Shown here: positions 9,806 to 19,989 of the stretch, piece after piece | Layout of the letters: every line of letters begins with the position of its first letter | Numbering within the stretch: position 1 is the first letter of the stretch | NCBI GenBank assembly: GCA_964010765.1 | Contig: CAXGMD010000020.1 | Span: forward strand, 1-41,471 | Direction: 5' to 3' | DNA: 41,471 nucleotides | Source: an uncultured bacterium | GTDB lineage: Bacteria; SAR324; NAC60-12 | The notes under the pieces: model-generated | Database searches by the model: none | Told to the model about the DNA's origin: nothing | What the model saw: only the letters and a program-made list of their open reading frames with translations | Position numbers and translations under genes: made by a program

Positions 9806-11059
9806 ATGCGTATTCGTTGGCAATTTAGCATCCTTTTCATAATTATATCTCTTGTTGCACTCAATGGATGCAACAAGGATCAAGGACCACGACCTAGTCA
9901 GGGAACACTTGACAACCCTAGTTTCCATGTGATGCGGGGTAAAGACTTACTTGATGAGCAACGGATTGATGCTGCCTCCAAGCAGTTTGATCTTGGTCTT
10001 GAGTTGAAATCTGAATATGGACCTGCTCTAGCAGGCAAAGCGCTTGTCCTTACTCTCCAATCACAACAAGTCGGATTGGAGCCTGAAAAGGCTGCAGAAC
10101 TCCTTGAGGAATCTGAGAATTTATTGGGGAAAGCTCTAAGCAACGCGGAGGGTCCAAACGAGGAACTCTCCGTTCAATTGTTGGCAATGCGCACTATTAC
10201 AACCAGAGCGGAGGGAGATGACTGGATCGACGATGTTGAGGATCATTTTAATGAAGCCCTGGAGATTTTTGAAGACCATCCTGATCTTCAGGCAAGCAAG
10301 GCAGAACCTTGGTACTATTGGGGCCAATCGAATGAAAAATCTCTGAGATTTGAGGAGGCCCAGAATGCTTTCACTCAAGTACTTGAGTTAAATCGTGGTT
10401 TTACTAGAGAAGCTAACCATGCAATCGAACAACTGAACAAAATTGTCCGAGCTCAACCAGGTACAAGGCATGGGCGCGAGCTTGCGATGATTGAGCAAAT
10501 CACTCGTGCCGATATGGCAGCGTTGTTGATGCAAGAGCTCAAATTGGCCGATCTTTACACCCGAAATGCAACTGAGCAGAGGAAAGAACTAAAGTTTGAA
10601 TCTCCAACAAAAGATTTTATTCCTTCTGGCGAAAGCAAAATCGAAAGGCCGCTGGCATCTGATATCTTAGAACATCCATTGCGTGAAGATATTGAAACCA
10701 TTCTCAAACTCCAGGTTAGAGGCCTCGAATCTAACCCTCAATTCCTCTTTTTCCCAAATAAAGAAATCACTAGGGCTGAGTATGCTTTGATGTTGGAAGA
10801 TGTACTTATTCAAGTGACACAGGATTCAGCTCAATCCACACGATTTGTTGGTGACACCTCACCTTTTGTGGATGTTCGGCCAGACGCTTATTACTACAAC
10901 GCCGCCCGCACCCTTGTTTCAAGAAATATTATGCAGCTACAAGACAAGGTTCGTGGTGAATTTGGGCCTGATCGAGCGGTTGCAGGTGCTGATGCACTCT
11001 TAAGTCTGCGTCTTCTCAAAGACGAGCTACAGCGCTATGTAAGATCTCCGAGCAGTTGA
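9806..11059 (+). CDS. TPR- and SLH-domain-containing lipoprotein
   Basis: ATG 9806 preceded by GGAGG (9796-9800); lipobox LNGC; TPR-like helices; SLH signatures ITRADMAALL, ITRAEYALML, FVDVRPDAYYYNAA...FGPDRAV. Confidence 0.8.
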   Translation: MRIRWQFSILFIIISLVALNGCNKDQGPRPSQGTLDNPSFHVMRGKDLLDEQRIDAASKQFDLGLELKSEYGPALAGKALVLTLQSQQVGLEPEKAAELLEESENLLGKALSNAEGPNEELSVQLLAMRTITTRAEGDDWIDDVEDHFNEALEIFEDHPDLQASKAEPWYYWGQSNEKSLRFEEAQNAFTQVLELNRGFTREANHAIEQLNKIVRAQPGTRHGRELAMIEQITRADMAALLMQELKLADLYTRNATEQRKELKFESPTKDFIPSGESKIERPLASDILEHPLREDIETILKLQVRGLESNPQFLFFPNKEITRAEYALMLEDVLIQVTQDSAQSTRFVGDTSPFVDVRPDAYYYNAARTLVSRNIMQLQDKVRGEFGPDRAVAGADALLSLRLLKDELQRYVRSPSS

Positions 11060-11065
11060 CGAGAT

Positions 11066-12508
11066 ATGAGTTGCAATGTACTGGTTGTCGATGATGAGCG
11101 AAGTATTCGTTGGGTCCTAGAAAAAACCATCTCGCGAGCCAGTGCAACGCCTCACATTGCTTCGAATCTCCAAGAAGCACTGGAAATTCTAGAAAGCCAA
11201 TCCATCGACATGGCATTTGTTGATATTCACCTGCAACAGGAGAATGGACTGGCTTTCACCGAAGAAATTTTGAAGCAATTCCCTTCCTTATTGATCACGG
11301 TGATGACCGGTCAGAACACTATGTTCAACACGGTAGAAGCCATGAAGAAAGGGGCTTTTGAGTACATCACGAAGCCATTTGACATCCAAGAAGTAGAGGA
11401 AATCCTTGAAAGAGGTCAACACCTTCTAAGTAGTCACAGAGCCGACCGCCAAAGCCAACTCCAACTAACCCACCGCGAAGAACAAGAATTACTAATTGGC
11501 AGAAGTCGTGAAATGCGCGACATCTTCAAGTCGATTGGTAGAGTAGCCGCAACCCATTTGACCGTACTTATTCTAGGAGAGAGTGGCACGGGCAAAGAAT
11601 TGATTGCACGATCCATTCATGCACATTCTGACCGTTCAGAAGCACCATTCGTCGCGATAAATTGCGCAGCAATCCCAGGTGAATTACTAGAATCTGAGTT
11701 ATTTGGCCATGAAAAGGGGGCTTTCACAGGGGCTGTTGACCGCAAACGTGGAAAACTGGAGCTCGTAGGTCGAGGAACTCTTTTTCTTGATGAAATTGGC
11801 GACATGCCCCTAAAGCTGCAAGCAAAGCTGTTAAGGGTTCTACAAGAGCGACAGTTTGAGCGGGTGGGAGGTAGCGAGTTGATTCCCGCTTCCATGCGAG
11901 TGATTGCTGCTACACACCGGCAATTAAACAAAATGATTGCTGAGCAGGAATTCCGTGCCGATCTTTTTTATCGGTTAAGCGTGTTCCCAATTAGTGTCCC
12001 CTCTCTTAGGGAACATCGTGAGGACATCCCTCTGCTGGTAGAACATTTCCTGAAAAAAGGCCGTCAAGAACTAGCCGTAGGGCGCAAGAGTATTACTGAG
12101 GAGACGATGGAAATTCTTCAAAAATATTCTTGGCCAGGAAATATCAGAGAATTAGAAAATGTAGTCAAAAGTTTGATGATTACGAACGTTAGTGAAGTCA
12201 TTACCAAAGATGCTCTTCCACATAATCTACTAAGCCAAGCTCCCCTCCCAGAATTTGAAGAAACACTGGAAGAGTTGGCCTACAAAAAACTTCATATGGT
12301 AATTCCGGAATTTGTTCATCAGCAAAGAGAGGATTTGATGGACACCGTTCTTCACCAGATAGAAAGACCCTTATTGCAATTGTTGTTGGAAGAAACGCGG
12401 TGGAACCAACAGAAGGCTGCGCGTATTCTGGGCATCAACCGAAATACTCTTCGCAAAAAAATTGAGATTTTACAGGTGAGAAGACTCAGTTCCTCAAATC
12501 CCCAATAG
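11066..12508 (+). CDS. NtrC-family sigma54-dependent response regulator
   Basis: REC domain (VLVVDDE, FVDIHL, YITKPFD); AAA+ domain GESGTGKE, GAFTGA, FLDEIGD, WPGNIREL; Fis-type HTH NQQKAARILGINRNTLRKKI. NtrC/GlnG-like, but orthology is not proven. Confidence 0.9.
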   Translation: MSCNVLVVDDERSIRWVLEKTISRASATPHIASNLQEALEILESQSIDMAFVDIHLQQENGLAFTEEILKQFPSLLITVMTGQNTMFNTVEAMKKGAFEYITKPFDIQEVEEILERGQHLLSSHRADRQSQLQLTHREEQELLIGRSREMRDIFKSIGRVAATHLTVLILGESGTGKELIARSIHAHSDRSEAPFVAINCAAIPGELLESELFGHEKGAFTGAVDRKRGKLELVGRGTLFLDEIGDMPLKLQAKLLRVLQERQFERVGGSELIPASMRVIAATHRQLNKMIAEQEFRADLFYRLSVFPISVPSLREHREDIPLLVEHFLKKGRQELAVGRKSITEETMEILQKYSWPGNIRELENVVKSLMITNVSEVITKDALPHNLLSQAPLPEFEETLEELAYKKLHMVIPEFVHQQREDLMDTVLHQIERPLLQLLLEETRWNQQKAARILGINRNTLRKKIEILQVRRLSSSNPQ

Positions 12509-12829
12509 ATGCCAATGCTCCATCGAGTTTTAGAAACCATTCATCAGAGAATAGCATCGGGGGATACTAACTCTTCTTATGTAGCATCCCTTGTTCAAAA
12601 GGGAGAAGATCAGATTCTGAAGAAAATTGGTGAAGAAACCACAGAAGTAGTTTTGGCTGCTAAAGGTCAAGATCGTGCTGCCTTGGTGCATGAATTGACT
12701 GACCTCTGGTTTCATTGCCTTGTCTTGATGGCCGAAAAGGAAATATCTTTAGAAGATATTGACAATGAACTTAAGAGTCGTTTCGGCCAATCGGGAATTG
12801 AAGAGAAAGCTTCTCGCATCAAACCCTGA
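12509..12829 (+). CDS. hisE: Phosphoribosyl-ATP diphosphatase
   Basis: SSYVASL, ILKKIGEETTEVVLAAK, HELTDLWFHCLV, RFGQSGIEEKASR. Confidence 0.95.
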   Translation: MPMLHRVLETIHQRIASGDTNSSYVASLVQKGEDQILKKIGEETTEVVLAAKGQDRAALVHELTDLWFHCLVLMAEKEISLEDIDNELKSRFGQSGIEEKASRIKP

Positions 12830-12862
12830 TCATTTTCAGTTTTTCCACCCAAGTTAAGACCT

Positions 12863-13843
12863 ATGTTTACACCTTTCGAATCGTTCGGCATCAAATTCCG
12901 CAATCAAATCCTTGCCCCGCCAACAAAAGAAAACCTTGCAAACCACCGCGGCATTGTCACTGGAGAAATGATTCGTCACTACTCAGCCCTGGCAAAGCAG
13001 GGCGTAGGCACCATGCTTACCGAATCAGCTTTTGTTGCCCGCCAAGGGAAGATGGCAGTTGGTCAATTGGGTATTTCAGAGGAAGAGCACCTAGAGGGCT
13101 TAGAAAAATTAGTCAAAGCCATCAAGAAAGAGGGAGCTTGTATTGGGATCAAGCTTTCTCATGCAGGCGCAAGAACTTCGGAAGAGGTTTGTGGAGAAAA
13201 TCCAGTGGGGCCATCTCTCTACAACTTTGGCCGGGACTTCGATCTCAGTAGAGAGTTTGACGAGGGAGACATTGAAGAAATCATTTTACATTTTGTTCAC
13301 GCTGCAGAGAGAGCTCAAGAGGTTGGATTCGATTTTATTGAAATTAATGGTGGAGACCAACTGCTCTTAGATCAATGCTTTTCTGTCAGGTTCAACAATC
13401 GAGACGACGACTACGGATCTGAAACCATCGAAAACCGATTGCGGCTGACTTGTCAAATCATCCAAGCCATTCGTGATCGGAAAAGTGTTTCCATACCGAT
13501 CAGTTATTATTTTTCCATTTTTGATAAAATGGAGGATGGATTTTCCATCACTGATCTTCACGAAACACTTGAACTCCTTGAAAAAAGTGGGGTTGATATT
13601 TTCCATCCATTTGCAGTGCATGTAATGAATCGATGCTTTGATTCGGAGGAGTCCTTATTGGAATTGATTGGCCTAAACACAGAGCGGCCTCTCGTCGCAG
13701 ATGGAAACATCAAATCACCACAAGTGCTCTTAGAGGTACTAAATATAGACAAGGTAGGGTGGTACGTTCTTGAAAAGACACTTTTAGCACGTCCAAATTG
13801 GTTTAACTTTCTGAAGAAAAAAGTAGCGGATCAGGAGAAGTAA
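12863..13843 (+). CDS. Old yellow enzyme (NADH:flavin oxidoreductase) family protein, atypical active site
   Basis: FRNQI, L.HAG, AAERAQEVGFDFIEI, N.RDDDYG..IENRLR; the usual HxxHGYL motif reads NGGDQLL. Confidence 0.8.
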   Translation: MFTPFESFGIKFRNQILAPPTKENLANHRGIVTGEMIRHYSALAKQGVGTMLTESAFVARQGKMAVGQLGISEEEHLEGLEKLVKAIKKEGACIGIKLSHAGARTSEEVCGENPVGPSLYNFGRDFDLSREFDEGDIEEIILHFVHAAERAQEVGFDFIEINGGDQLLLDQCFSVRFNNRDDDYGSETIENRLRLTCQIIQAIRDRKSVSIPISYYFSIFDKMEDGFSITDLHETLELLEKSGVDIFHPFAVHVMNRCFDSEESLLELIGLNTERPLVADGNIKSPQVLLEVLNIDKVGWYVLEKTLLARPNWFNFLKKKVADQEK

Positions 13844-13845
13844 GC

Positions 13846-15156
13846 ATGTCCAGTTTATCCGAATCAAAACATAACCCTGATCCATGTCGGGTAGCTATTG
13901 TTGGCTTGGGGACTGTCGGAGGAGGAGTTGCAGAAGTCCTCTGGCAGCATGGAAAGGCAGATTACAGCGCTGTTCAGTTAGCAGGCATTTTAGAAAAGAA
14001 CCAAGAAAATCCAAACCTACCTATTTGGACACAACGTGATCAAATTTTACTCTATTCCTCACTTGAGGAGTTGCTTGCTGATCATTCCATTCAAGTAGTT
14101 GTAGAGACTGTCGGAGGACAAACATTCGCTCGTGAGTTGATTACCAAAATCCTTGAATCTGGAAGAGATGTAGTTACTGCCAACAAGGATCTGATGGCAG
14201 TGCATGGGGAAGAATTACTCGCCATAGCTGAAAAAAATGGGCGACAACTTCTTTTCGAAGCCAGTGTTACAGGAGCAATCCCGGTAGTGAGGCTGCTACA
14301 AGATTACTTCCATGTGGATGATATTGAGAAGGTCAGCGGTATATTTAATGGAACCTCCAATTATATCCTGACCGAAATGGAGCAGAAGCAACTATCTTTT
14401 GAAGTCGCTTTGAGGCAGGCTCAGGATTTAGGTTTTGCTGAAGCTGATCCGACTAATGATATTGCGGGATATGATGCTCGCTACAAATTAGTCATTCTGA
14501 CTTATCTGATCACTGGTGTTTGGCTGGCTCCAGATCAAATTACTCTTGAGGGAATTGAGCACCTGGAACCTGCAGATTTTGCTTACGCTTCAAGGATGGA
14601 TCGGCGCATCAAACTCATCGGTTATCTGAAACGAGAAGCGCAAGATCTTCAGGCTTTCGTTTTGCCACTGATGGTTCCAAGGGGTGGTGCCGTAGCAGAG
14701 ATAGGTGGCTCCACCAATATTGTATCGATTGAAGGTAGATTTAGTGAGGAAATCTCGATGGTTGGGAAGGGGGCAGGGAGTTTACCAACAGCTTCCGCAT
14801 TGGTTGCTGATCTCGAGAAAATCTCCAAAGGATCTGCGACAAAAAATAGCCCTTCAACAAAGCAATATAGACTTCAGCCTTTTGAGGAGTATATCTTCCG
14901 GCACACTCTAAGGATTACAGTCAAGGACCAGCCCGGAATTGTTGGTCAAATTGGTCAAGTTTTAGCGGAACATGAGATTAATATTTACGCACTTGAGCAA
15001 TTGCCTCAATATCACCAAAAGGATGGATCTCATCCTGTAATCTTCACAATCACATTGGAAGCTTGTCAAGAAGCGTTGTTGAAAAAAGCTCTCGAGAAAA
15101 TCAACAAATCTGATTATTTGCTACAACCAATTTCTGTTTTACGTGAAATCGCCTAG
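13846..15156 (+). CDS. hom: Homoserine dehydrogenase with C-terminal ACT domain
   Basis: GLGTVGGG, VVTANK, FEASVTGAIP, NGTSNYIL, GFAEADPTNDI, GAGSLPTASA, DQPGIV. Confidence 0.95.
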   Translation: MSSLSESKHNPDPCRVAIVGLGTVGGGVAEVLWQHGKADYSAVQLAGILEKNQENPNLPIWTQRDQILLYSSLEELLADHSIQVVVETVGGQTFARELITKILESGRDVVTANKDLMAVHGEELLAIAEKNGRQLLFEASVTGAIPVVRLLQDYFHVDDIEKVSGIFNGTSNYILTEMEQKQLSFEVALRQAQDLGFAEADPTNDIAGYDARYKLVILTYLITGVWLAPDQITLEGIEHLEPADFAYASRMDRRIKLIGYLKREAQDLQAFVLPLMVPRGGAVAEIGGSTNIVSIEGRFSEEISMVGKGAGSLPTASALVADLEKISKGSATKNSPSTKQYRLQPFEEYIFRHTLRITVKDQPGIVGQIGQVLAEHEINIYALEQLPQYHQKDGSHPVIFTITLEACQEALLKKALEKINKSDYLLQPISVLREIA

Positions 15157-15164
15157 GATTTCAG

Positions 15165-16013
15165 ATGCACTGGTTGCGTAGAAATTTATGGGGGCTTCTC
15201 TTAGGGGTAGTTCTCCTTTCTTCAGCAATCCTTCTTTATCAATCCTACCAAAGCGCGGATCGATCGGAAGCCTCATTGATCACCGAGGCAGCTCACCTCA
15301 TCGCCAGTCCCTTTCAAAGAGCGAATATTTGGTTTTCAAAACATTTTGAAGAGCTTGAATCATATTTTGTTCAGCTTGAAGAGCTCAAAAAAGAAAACCA
15401 GTCATTGAAAGAGCGGATCTTTCATCTCAATACTGATTTGAATGTACTCAACGAGACAGTTGCCCGGAGCAGCTCCCAATTCCTTCAGTTAAATTGGGCC
15501 AATAGCTATCCTGAACCAGTTATCTTTGGGGATATCTTAGGAATCAGCACAGATCCGCTGACTCGGGTTTGGTGGCTCAATCTTGGTACGCAAGATGGCA
15601 TACAGGTAAAGCAACCTGTTGCCGTCGCAGAAGGGTTGGTGGGCAGAGTGCAAAATGTCTCAGCAAAACAATCAACCATTCAAATCATCCTAGATCAACG
15701 GAGCCGATTTCCTGTTTTAGTGCAACGAACAAGGAGTAGGGGGATTGTGGCTGGCACAGGTAGGGGGATTGAACTAAGGCAGGTACTAATCAGGGATGAA
15801 TTGAAAATTGGAGACCGGATTATTACCAGTGGCTTAAGTCAATTGTTTCCTAAGGGATTGTTTGTCGGAGAAATCAAAGAAATCCTCCAATCAGAAAACC
15901 AACTGTTCCAAACCGCAGTCCTCGAACCAGGTGTTGATTTCAGCCGATTAGAGTCAGTGGGTATTCTTCCACTGGAGTTGGGTTTGTTTGATCCAGATCA
16001 ACCTCAAGAATGA
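15165..16013 (+). CDS. mreC: Rod shape-determining protein MreC
   Basis: N-terminal TM, coiled coil ELKKENQSLK, GLVGRV, GDRIITSGL..LFPKGL.VG, VDFSRLE. Confidence 0.92.
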   Translation: MHWLRRNLWGLLLGVVLLSSAILLYQSYQSADRSEASLITEAAHLIASPFQRANIWFSKHFEELESYFVQLEELKKENQSLKERIFHLNTDLNVLNETVARSSSQFLQLNWANSYPEPVIFGDILGISTDPLTRVWWLNLGTQDGIQVKQPVAVAEGLVGRVQNVSAKQSTIQIILDQRSRFPVLVQRTRSRGIVAGTGRGIELRQVLIRDELKIGDRIITSGLSQLFPKGLFVGEIKEILQSENQLFQTAVLEPGVDFSRLESVGILPLELGLFDPDQPQE

Positions 16014-16014
16014 T

Positions 16015-16500
16015 ATGTTTCCAGGATTAGTTTTTTTAATCCTCTTTGGCGTCGAAGTCATTTTTGGAGGCATATTTCATGAGCCATTGCCTTTTCCTCT
16101 CAGGCTTGTCTGGCTTGGTATGGCATTTTTGATTAGAGCAAATTTTCGAAGTGCCGTTTTTTGGGGAGGACTAGGCGGAATTTTTAAGGATTCACTGAGC
16201 CATGGATTGCTGGGCCTCGAAGGTTTTTCATATCTACTCTCCTTAGCCATCCTTCATAGAATTCTTCAAAACAAGCAGGTGATTTATGATGGGTATTTTC
16301 TACTAATTTTTCTTTTCACATTTTCGATCCAAGAAATTTTCAACATTTGTTTACAAAACTGGCTTTTCCTTGATAGCGCCCTGAAAAGTCTGCTTATCTT
16401 GGTGATCTACGGTACCCTGGCACATGGTCTGCTGGCGACTATGTTTCTAGGTTCAAAATTGATTTGGACATCTCGTTTTCCATTGAGGAAGCATTATTGA
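16015..16500 (+). CDS. mreD: Probable rod shape-determining protein MreD (divergent)
   Basis: Hydrophobic ~160-aa protein between mreC and PBP2; GIFKDSLSHGLLG matches the MreD G..D.L...LG motif; ATG 16015 preferred. Confidence 0.7.
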   Translation: MFPGLVFLILFGVEVIFGGIFHEPLPFPLRLVWLGMAFLIRANFRSAVFWGGLGGIFKDSLSHGLLGLEGFSYLLSLAILHRILQNKQVIYDGYFLLIFLFTFSIQEIFNICLQNWLFLDSALKSLLILVIYGTLAHGLLATMFLGSKLIWTSRFPLRKHY

Positions 16501-18374
16501 TGAGCCCAGCAAAAATCTTATCGGAACAAGATCTTTTCAGAACTCGTGTCATCTGTATTGCGCTAGCTATCTCTTTTGTATTTTCATTTTTGGGTGGTCG
16601 CCTTTGGTATCTTCAGGTGATTGAACATGAAGAATACCAGAGTTACGCTGAAGGTAACCGAATCCGGCTCCGTCCCGAACCAGGGTTACGTGGACAAATT
16701 CTTGATCGAAACGGTCAAATTTTAGCTGAAAATCGTCCTGCATACCACCTACAAATGGTCTGGGAAGACGCTCCAAATCCTCTCCAAACTCTCAATAAGC
16801 TTTCAGAAACCTTTCAGTGGTCCCTAATTGAACTGCTGGGAAAGTCCCAATACGCTAGTAGAACGCCTTTCAGATCCATCCGTTTAAAATCTGACCTTAC
16901 CGCAGATCAAGCAGCCTTCTTACAAACTCACTCTGACAAATTTCCAGGAGTCACCGTAGAAATGGAGGCGGCACGCTTCTATCCCCATGGCAAAACTGCT
17001 GCTCATGTCCTTGGGTATGTGGGAGCAACAAATAAAAGATCAGAGGAGTTGCCCAGCAATCAAAAGCGTTCCAGGAGTATTGATGGGAAGGCTGGGCTAG
17101 AGATGACTCTGAATGAATTTTTGACCGGACTTGATGGCGGGCGACAAGTTGAGGTTGATCACATTGGCAGAGAGTTAAGGACTATTCCCCCAGTGATTGC
17201 TTCAGTACCTGGGAATACTCTCCAACTAACCATTGATATTGAATTGCAGAAAGCAGTTGAATCTGCAATGGACAATCAGACTGGAGCAATACTGGTGATG
17301 CAGCCAGGAAGTGGTGAAATCCTAGCAATGGCTAGTCTGCCGGCTTATGATCCCAACTGGTTTGCTAACGGCATTGATCCAAATTTGTGGAACCAATTGC
17401 TCAATGATGCAGATCGCCCCTTGGAAAACAAAATTGTTCAGGGCGCCTATCCGCCTGGCTCAATCTTTAAATTAGTCACAGCCTACGCCGCATTGGATCA
17501 GCATTTGATCGATCCAAGCCATGAGGAAACCTGCAACGGCTATTTCTATGTGAAGGGCCGGAGTGCTCCCTTTAAGTGTTGGAAGTCAGGCGGACATGGC
17601 CCAGTCGACTTGATAGAAGCCATTCGAGGGTCTTGTAACATTTATTTTTATCAATTGGCAATGGAAATGGGCGTGGACACGTTAGCTCATTACGCCAAAA
17701 TGATGATGTTTGGTGAAAAATTAGATTTGGGGGTTGCTGGTGAAAAGACCGGCTTGATTCCTGATTCAGACTGGAAAAGAGCAACCTTCAATGAAAGATG
17801 GTATCCGGGAGAAACACCATCGGTAGCAATTGGCCAGGGATACGTGAGTGTCACTCCCATTCAACTCGCAAATTTTGTAAATTTGATTGCTTCCGGGGGT
17901 ATCTGGCATCCGCCTAAGCTTTTGCGGGATCAGGCAGAGTCACCTAGCCAAACAATCTTAGACCAGAGAATCATAGCTCCTTTGCTTCAGGGGATGGTAG
18001 CTGTGGTAAATGATCCAAATGGTGGAACAGCTAAGGTTGCTCGAATTGATGGCTTCACTGTCGCGGGTAAAACGGGCACAGCCCAGATCATCAGCCATGA
18101 AACTCGGAAAAATCTCACCAACGAGGAAAAAGAGCTTCGAAAATACCAAAATCATGCTTGGTTCGCAGGCTTTGCCCCTGCAGAAGCTCCAGAAGTTACA
18201 GTCCTTGTCCTGGTTGAGCATGGTCAGGGAGGAGGCAAGGCTGCTGCACCTGTAGCCCGGAAGATTCTGGAGTTTTATCAGGAACATCGCTACGGTCGAA
18301 GTGTAGCCAGTTCATTTCAAGATCAAACAGTGCCATTTTCTTGGCAACTAAATAATGCCTTTGACCAGCCATAG
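16500..18374 (+). CDS. mrdA: Penicillin-binding protein 2
   Basis: RLWYLQV, RGQILDRNG, RFYPHG, SxxK (GSIFK), SxN (SCN), KTG (GKTGTAQ), HAWF; ATG 16500 overlaps the mreD stop. Confidence 0.95.
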   Translation: MSPAKILSEQDLFRTRVICIALAISFVFSFLGGRLWYLQVIEHEEYQSYAEGNRIRLRPEPGLRGQILDRNGQILAENRPAYHLQMVWEDAPNPLQTLNKLSETFQWSLIELLGKSQYASRTPFRSIRLKSDLTADQAAFLQTHSDKFPGVTVEMEAARFYPHGKTAAHVLGYVGATNKRSEELPSNQKRSRSIDGKAGLEMTLNEFLTGLDGGRQVEVDHIGRELRTIPPVIASVPGNTLQLTIDIELQKAVESAMDNQTGAILVMQPGSGEILAMASLPAYDPNWFANGIDPNLWNQLLNDADRPLENKIVQGAYPPGSIFKLVTAYAALDQHLIDPSHEETCNGYFYVKGRSAPFKCWKSGGHGPVDLIEAIRGSCNIYFYQLAMEMGVDTLAHYAKMMMFGEKLDLGVAGEKTGLIPDSDWKRATFNERWYPGETPSVAIGQGYVSVTPIQLANFVNLIASGGIWHPPKLLRDQAESPSQTILDQRIIAPLLQGMVAVVNDPNGGTAKVARIDGFTVAGKTGTAQIISHETRKNLTNEEKELRKYQNHAWFAGFAPAEAPEVTVLVLVEHGQGGGKAAAPVARKILEFYQEHRYGRSVASSFQDQTVPFSWQLNNAFDQP

Positions 18375-18375
18375 G

Positions 18376-18975
18376 ATGAATTTACAGCAACATCGACCCA
18401 TCACACTTGCCTCCTCCTCGCCTCGTCGAAAGAGTTTTTTAGAGAGTTTCGGCCTTCAATTTACTAGTTTTTCACCTGATATTGAAGAAGTTCGCAAATC
18501 TGGGGAACAGCCAATCGCATACGTTCGAAGGATGGCATTGGAAAAAGCAGAAGCAACTCAAGGTGACTTCACTGAAAGTTTGATCTTGTCAGGAGATACG
18601 GATGTTGTTCTTGATGGTGAAGTCCTAGGCAAACCGAATGATCCTGAAGATGCACTTTTGCTTTTAGAGCGGCTCAGTGGCAGAGATCACCTAGTTCATT
18701 CTGGTTACTGCCTAATGGACTCCAAGAACAATTGGACTCATATTGGAGATGTCACCACAAGAGTTTGGCTGAGATCTTTGCCCAAAAAATGGCTGGAATG
18801 GTACATCTCCTCTGGAGAGCCTCTCGACAAAGCAGGTGCTTACTCAATCCAAGGATTAGGTACGCTACTCGTGGAGCGGATTGAGGGCTCGTACAATAAC
18901 GTTGTAGGTTATCCAATAGAGATCATCATAAATGTTTTACTTCGTGAAGGCTTCCTTTCTTTCTCAAACAATTAG
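18376..18975 (+). CDS. maf: Maf/YhdE nucleoside triphosphate pyrophosphatase
   Basis: LASSSPRR, DTDV, LGKP, DKAGAYSIQG, GSYNNVVGYP; ATG 18376 preferred. Confidence 0.93.
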   Translation: MNLQQHRPITLASSSPRRKSFLESFGLQFTSFSPDIEEVRKSGEQPIAYVRRMALEKAEATQGDFTESLILSGDTDVVLDGEVLGKPNDPEDALLLLERLSGRDHLVHSGYCLMDSKNNWTHIGDVTTRVWLRSLPKKWLEWYISSGEPLDKAGAYSIQGLGTLLVERIEGSYNNVVGYPIEIIINVLLREGFLSFSNN

Positions 18976-18999
18976 ATCCCGACTGTTATCATTCTTAAA

Positions 19000-19989
19000 A
19001 TGAATCAAATTTTTCGATACGTTTCTTTCATACTGATTCTCTGGGCTACTTCTGATCAAACTCTCCGAGCAATCGAAGTTGAACAACCACTACCCCCTGA
19101 AGTCATTGAAGCAAAATTTCGATATCAGACTCTGCCAGAATATTCAGAAATTTGGGGTGCAGGCGGTAAAGACACATCCCTCAAGGAAATGGTACTTGGA
19201 AAATATTCAAACGAATTTACGGGATCCATCAATCAATCTGAACAATTGCTCAGGGTTGATCTGATTTATGGTTGGACAGAAACCTGGGCTCTTGGAGCAA
19301 CCATTCCATGGGAGCAGAAGAAGCAAAGTACCTCGCTTACATTCAATGGCATCAATAAAACTGCTGAGCTTCAATCTGTCGAAAAAAATGTCGCAAGTGA
19401 TTCACAAGCTGGTCTAGGAGATGTAGCGCTCTGGATGCGCTACAACCTCTCCTCAAGCTATCGCTGGCTCTGGACCCTTACTCCCAAATTAGTTTTTCCG
19501 ACCGGAGTAACTGGAAAGGCAAGAGGTTTCAAGCCTGTGGCCATTGGTGGTGGGCAAATGGATTTTGGACTGAAATTGCAGTCCCAATGGTATCCTCCCC
19601 AATCAGAGGGTGTGCTACAAATCGCTTCGGTTGAAGGGCTGAATCAACTAAAGGGAGAACGTGAAAATTTAGCTGGTGAGAAAGTCAGTTACCAGCCTGG
19701 CAACTCATTTGACATGAGATATGGTTGGACTCTAGAGGTCGAGAATTTTATGCTAGGAGCCGAGTTTTCTTGGTTTATTCAAGCACCAGATGCACTTGGT
19801 TCTGAAAGCGGGAGCACTCGGCGCCTGTATCAATGGAATTTTGAACTTGGTTACGGGAATTTAACTCAATTGGACCGTGAGCCACTTCCAGTACCATTTC
19901 AGGTTCGTTTTGGTGTTCTCAGGCCATTTATGGGCGAAAACGTTCCAAAAATATCTCAATATTATCTGAGCGGGGATGTCTATTTCTGA
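19000..19989 (+). CDS. Outer-membrane beta-barrel, COG4313/SphA-like transporter family
   Basis: Signal peptide; GLGDV.L..RY...LVFPTG...IGGGQ.DF pattern; amphipathic strands; C-terminal aromatic residue (VYF). Confidence 0.6.
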   Translation: MNQIFRYVSFILILWATSDQTLRAIEVEQPLPPEVIEAKFRYQTLPEYSEIWGAGGKDTSLKEMVLGKYSNEFTGSINQSEQLLRVDLIYGWTETWALGATIPWEQKKQSTSLTFNGINKTAELQSVEKNVASDSQAGLGDVALWMRYNLSSSYRWLWTLTPKLVFPTGVTGKARGFKPVAIGGGQMDFGLKLQSQWYPPQSEGVLQIASVEGLNQLKGERENLAGEKVSYQPGNSFDMRYGWTLEVENFMLGAEFSWFIQAPDALGSESGSTRRLYQWNFELGYGNLTQLDREPLPVPFQVRFGVLRPFMGENVPKISQYYLSGDVYF

